Source: a virus (Duplodnaviria; Heunggongvirae; Uroviricota; Caudoviricetes). From it: DNA of 47,976 nucleotides. Positions 46,321 to 47,976 of the stretch are shown here, in pieces (the stretch's first letter is position 1; each line of letters begins with the position of its first letter). The position numbers and the translations under genes are program-made. Location: the IMG/VR virus record IMGVR_UViG_3300037471_000830. The stretch is one strand, 5' to 3'. The notes under the pieces were generated by a model, which saw only the letters and a program-made list of their open reading frames with translations, did not search any database and was not told the DNA's origin.

Positions 46321-46334
46321 AGTCAGGGGTGAGG
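46321..46334. promoter_or_regulatory. Motif copy (AGTCA-GGGG-TGAGG) whose right half contains the SD
   Basis: 2 nt after the CobS stop; ATG at 46341. Confidence 0.75.
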
Positions 46335-46340
46335 AATCAA

Positions 46341-46988
46341 ATGGACAAGACCACACCCCGTTTCGAGGACCACGTGGGACTGACGCACAAGCTCGCCAAG
46401 CGAATGTTCGCTTGGGCGCAGTCCTTCCAGGTCTCGATGGATTACGAGGACGCATTCCAGGAGGTCAGCGTCGCATTCGTGAAGGCAGCCGAGGGCTACA
46501 AGCCGGAGACCGGCAACGCCTTCTCCACCTACTACACGTTCTGCGCCAAGACGCACTTCAAGAAGTTCATGGAGAAGGAGATGGGTCGCACCAACCGTCA
46601 CCTGGATCGCGCCACGGGCCAGATCAGCGGCGCGGGCATGGTCTCGGTGGACGACATGCGCTTCGAGGACGACACCGACCCCTACGAGGTCTTGGATGCG
46701 GGCGTTCACCACTCGCCCGAGGCCGCGATGGAGCTCAAGCAGGAGCTGGCCGAACGCTACGCCAAGCTCAAGCCGGTGGCGCGAACCATGTTCGATTGGA
46801 TGACGCAGCCCCCGCAGGAGCTGATCGACGAACTCGGCCGCATCCGCGCCCACCACAACGAGAAGCCTGGAGCTCTGGAGCTGCCGACGATCCGTGAAAT
46901 CGGTGACTTCATGGTCCTGGGCGGCCTGTCTGCCGGTCAGGTCAGCGACGCCGCTCGCCAACTCAAGAACATCGCCAACGCACTCTGA
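46341..46988 (+). CDS. Sigma-70 region-2-like protein
   Basis: HVGLTHKLAKR...DYEDAFQEVSVAFVKAAEGYKPETGNAFSTY resembles sigma region 2 (DLxQEG...LxxAxxxFDPxxGxxFSTY). Confidence 0.7.
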   Translation: MDKTTPRFEDHVGLTHKLAKRMFAWAQSFQVSMDYEDAFQEVSVAFVKAAEGYKPETGNAFSTYYTFCAKTHFKKFMEKEMGRTNRHLDRATGQISGAGMVSVDDMRFEDDTDPYEVLDAGVHHSPEAAMELKQELAERYAKLKPVARTMFDWMTQPPQELIDELGRIRAHHNEKPGALELPTIREIGDFMVLGGLSAGQVSDAARQLKNIANAL

Positions 46989-46997
46989 GGATGTGAC

Positions 46998-47366
46998 ATG
47001 AAGAACCCGATTCAACCCGTTGAAAAGGACGCTCATGGCGTTCTTCGCTTCAAGGCTAACGCGCTGGTTCTGTTCCTGCTGGAAAACGGCGGCATCGACA
47101 TGAATCGCCTGGCGTCGGTGGAAGCGTCGGTCGATGACCGTCAGCAATTTGCGCAGCTCATCGGCTACAGCGTTAGCGGTTACGGCTCGCTCAGCTACGC
47201 CAACAACTACGTCTATGGCGTGGCTCATGCAATGGCTGATGGCAAGAACGAGTCGGCGGCTCGGATAGAAGTCCTGGAGGGTCAACTCTCGACACTGCGT
47301 CAGGCGCTGCGCGAGCCGATGGCCGAGCTTTTCGAGGTCGATCCGAGTGACTTGAAGGGCGATTGA
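46998..47366 (+). CDS. Conserved phage hypothetical protein
   Basis: PIQP...GVLRFKAN...QQFAQLIGYSVSGY. Confidence 0.7.
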   Translation: MKNPIQPVEKDAHGVLRFKANALVLFLLENGGIDMNRLASVEASVDDRQQFAQLIGYSVSGYGSLSYANNYVYGVAHAMADGKNESAARIEVLEGQLSTLRQALREPMAELFEVDPSDLKGD

Positions 47367-47976
47367 TGGAAGCCGTCATCCACAAGCCCGGGTGCTTCGC
47401 CAGCGCAAGCATCTACAGCAGTGATTCCAAGGTCTGTCAGGCGTGCCCCGCTGCCGCCCTGTGCGCCGACGCTGCGCTCGAAACGCTCAAGCGCATAAGG
47501 GCCACGGTCAACGTTGACGCCCTGATAGCAAAGCATCGCGTGGCACGCCCTGCGAGCCCTCTGGTGCAGCCCAAACCGCAGGCACAAACGCCCGCACAAA
47601 CACAGCAAATGCTGCTGGACCGCGTGCTGCTGACGCTGGGCGCGGAAGACCAGGCCGCTATCAAGCGCATGAGCAATGCAAAGGCGCAGCAGATCGCCGT
47701 GACGCTGCTTGCCAATGGTGAGCTGGCCCAGGCGAAGCGCCGGCTCGCGCAGGGCCAACACCCGATGACCACTGGCCGCCCCAAGTGGCTCGCCGAGCAC
47801 TTCTCGGCGCTCATCGAAGCCAACGGCCAGGTGGAGCGCAGCACGTTGCGTCAAGCGATAAAGCAGCGCATGCAGTGGAACAAGCAGACCGCCGACCCGC
47901 ACACCTCCATGTTCGTGGCGATCGGGGTGGGCCTTCGGCTGGTGGACTTCGACGGCGCAACGATAACGATCCGAAA
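47366..47976 (+). CDS. 3'-truncated hypothetical protein with N-terminal 4-Cys cluster
   Basis: TGATG coupling. MEAVIHKPGCF...CQAC...LC; frame is open to the window end, so it is absent from the ORF track. Confidence 0.7.
   Translation, partial: MEAVIHKPGCFASASIYSSDSKVCQACPAAALCADAALETLKRIRATVNVDALIAKHRVARPASPLVQPKPQAQTPAQTQQMLLDRVLLTLGAEDQAAIKRMSNAKAQQIAVTLLANGELAQAKRRLAQGQHPMTTGRPKWLAEHFSALIEANGQVERSTLRQAIKQRMQWNKQTADPHTSMFVAIGVGLRLVDFDGATITIR

Overview
The whole window is one GC-rich temperate siphophage-type element, with no host genes, rRNA, tRNA or CRISPR seen. Gene order: head-tail connectors; tail tube; G/G-T chaperones with a -1 frameshift; tape measure; lambda-like M-L-K-I-J tail tip; a 2017-aa multidomain fibre and its chaperone; a lysis module split by a 7-gene accessory cassette; metallophosphoesterase; PhoH; an Hfq-like gene; DnaB-like helicase; primase; WGR protein; ATP-dependent ligase; small accessory genes; an apparently intact attP, integrase and xis; an XRE repressor; a CobT-like vWA / CobS-like MoxR AAA+ pair; and a sigma-70-like protein. 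The gene set and the tail-tube N-terminus resemble SSU5/pHCM2-like phage-plasmids as I recall them (no search run). A betaproteobacterial host is only an inference from GC content and integrase type. The most striking unannotated signal is a dispersed quasi-palindrome, AGTCA-N4-TGA(C/G)N, present at least 19 times. It sits almost exclusively at gene boundaries, promoters and RBSs, including the xis promoter, which suggests a genome-wide operator (or RNA-element) network. Other highlights: a phage Hfq homologue, two adjacent proteins that both end in GSW, an accessory cassette bounded by 11-bp direct repeats built from the motif, nested domain insertions in tail proteins, and several small genes missed by the ORF track. 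All product calls come from motif recognition by eye.
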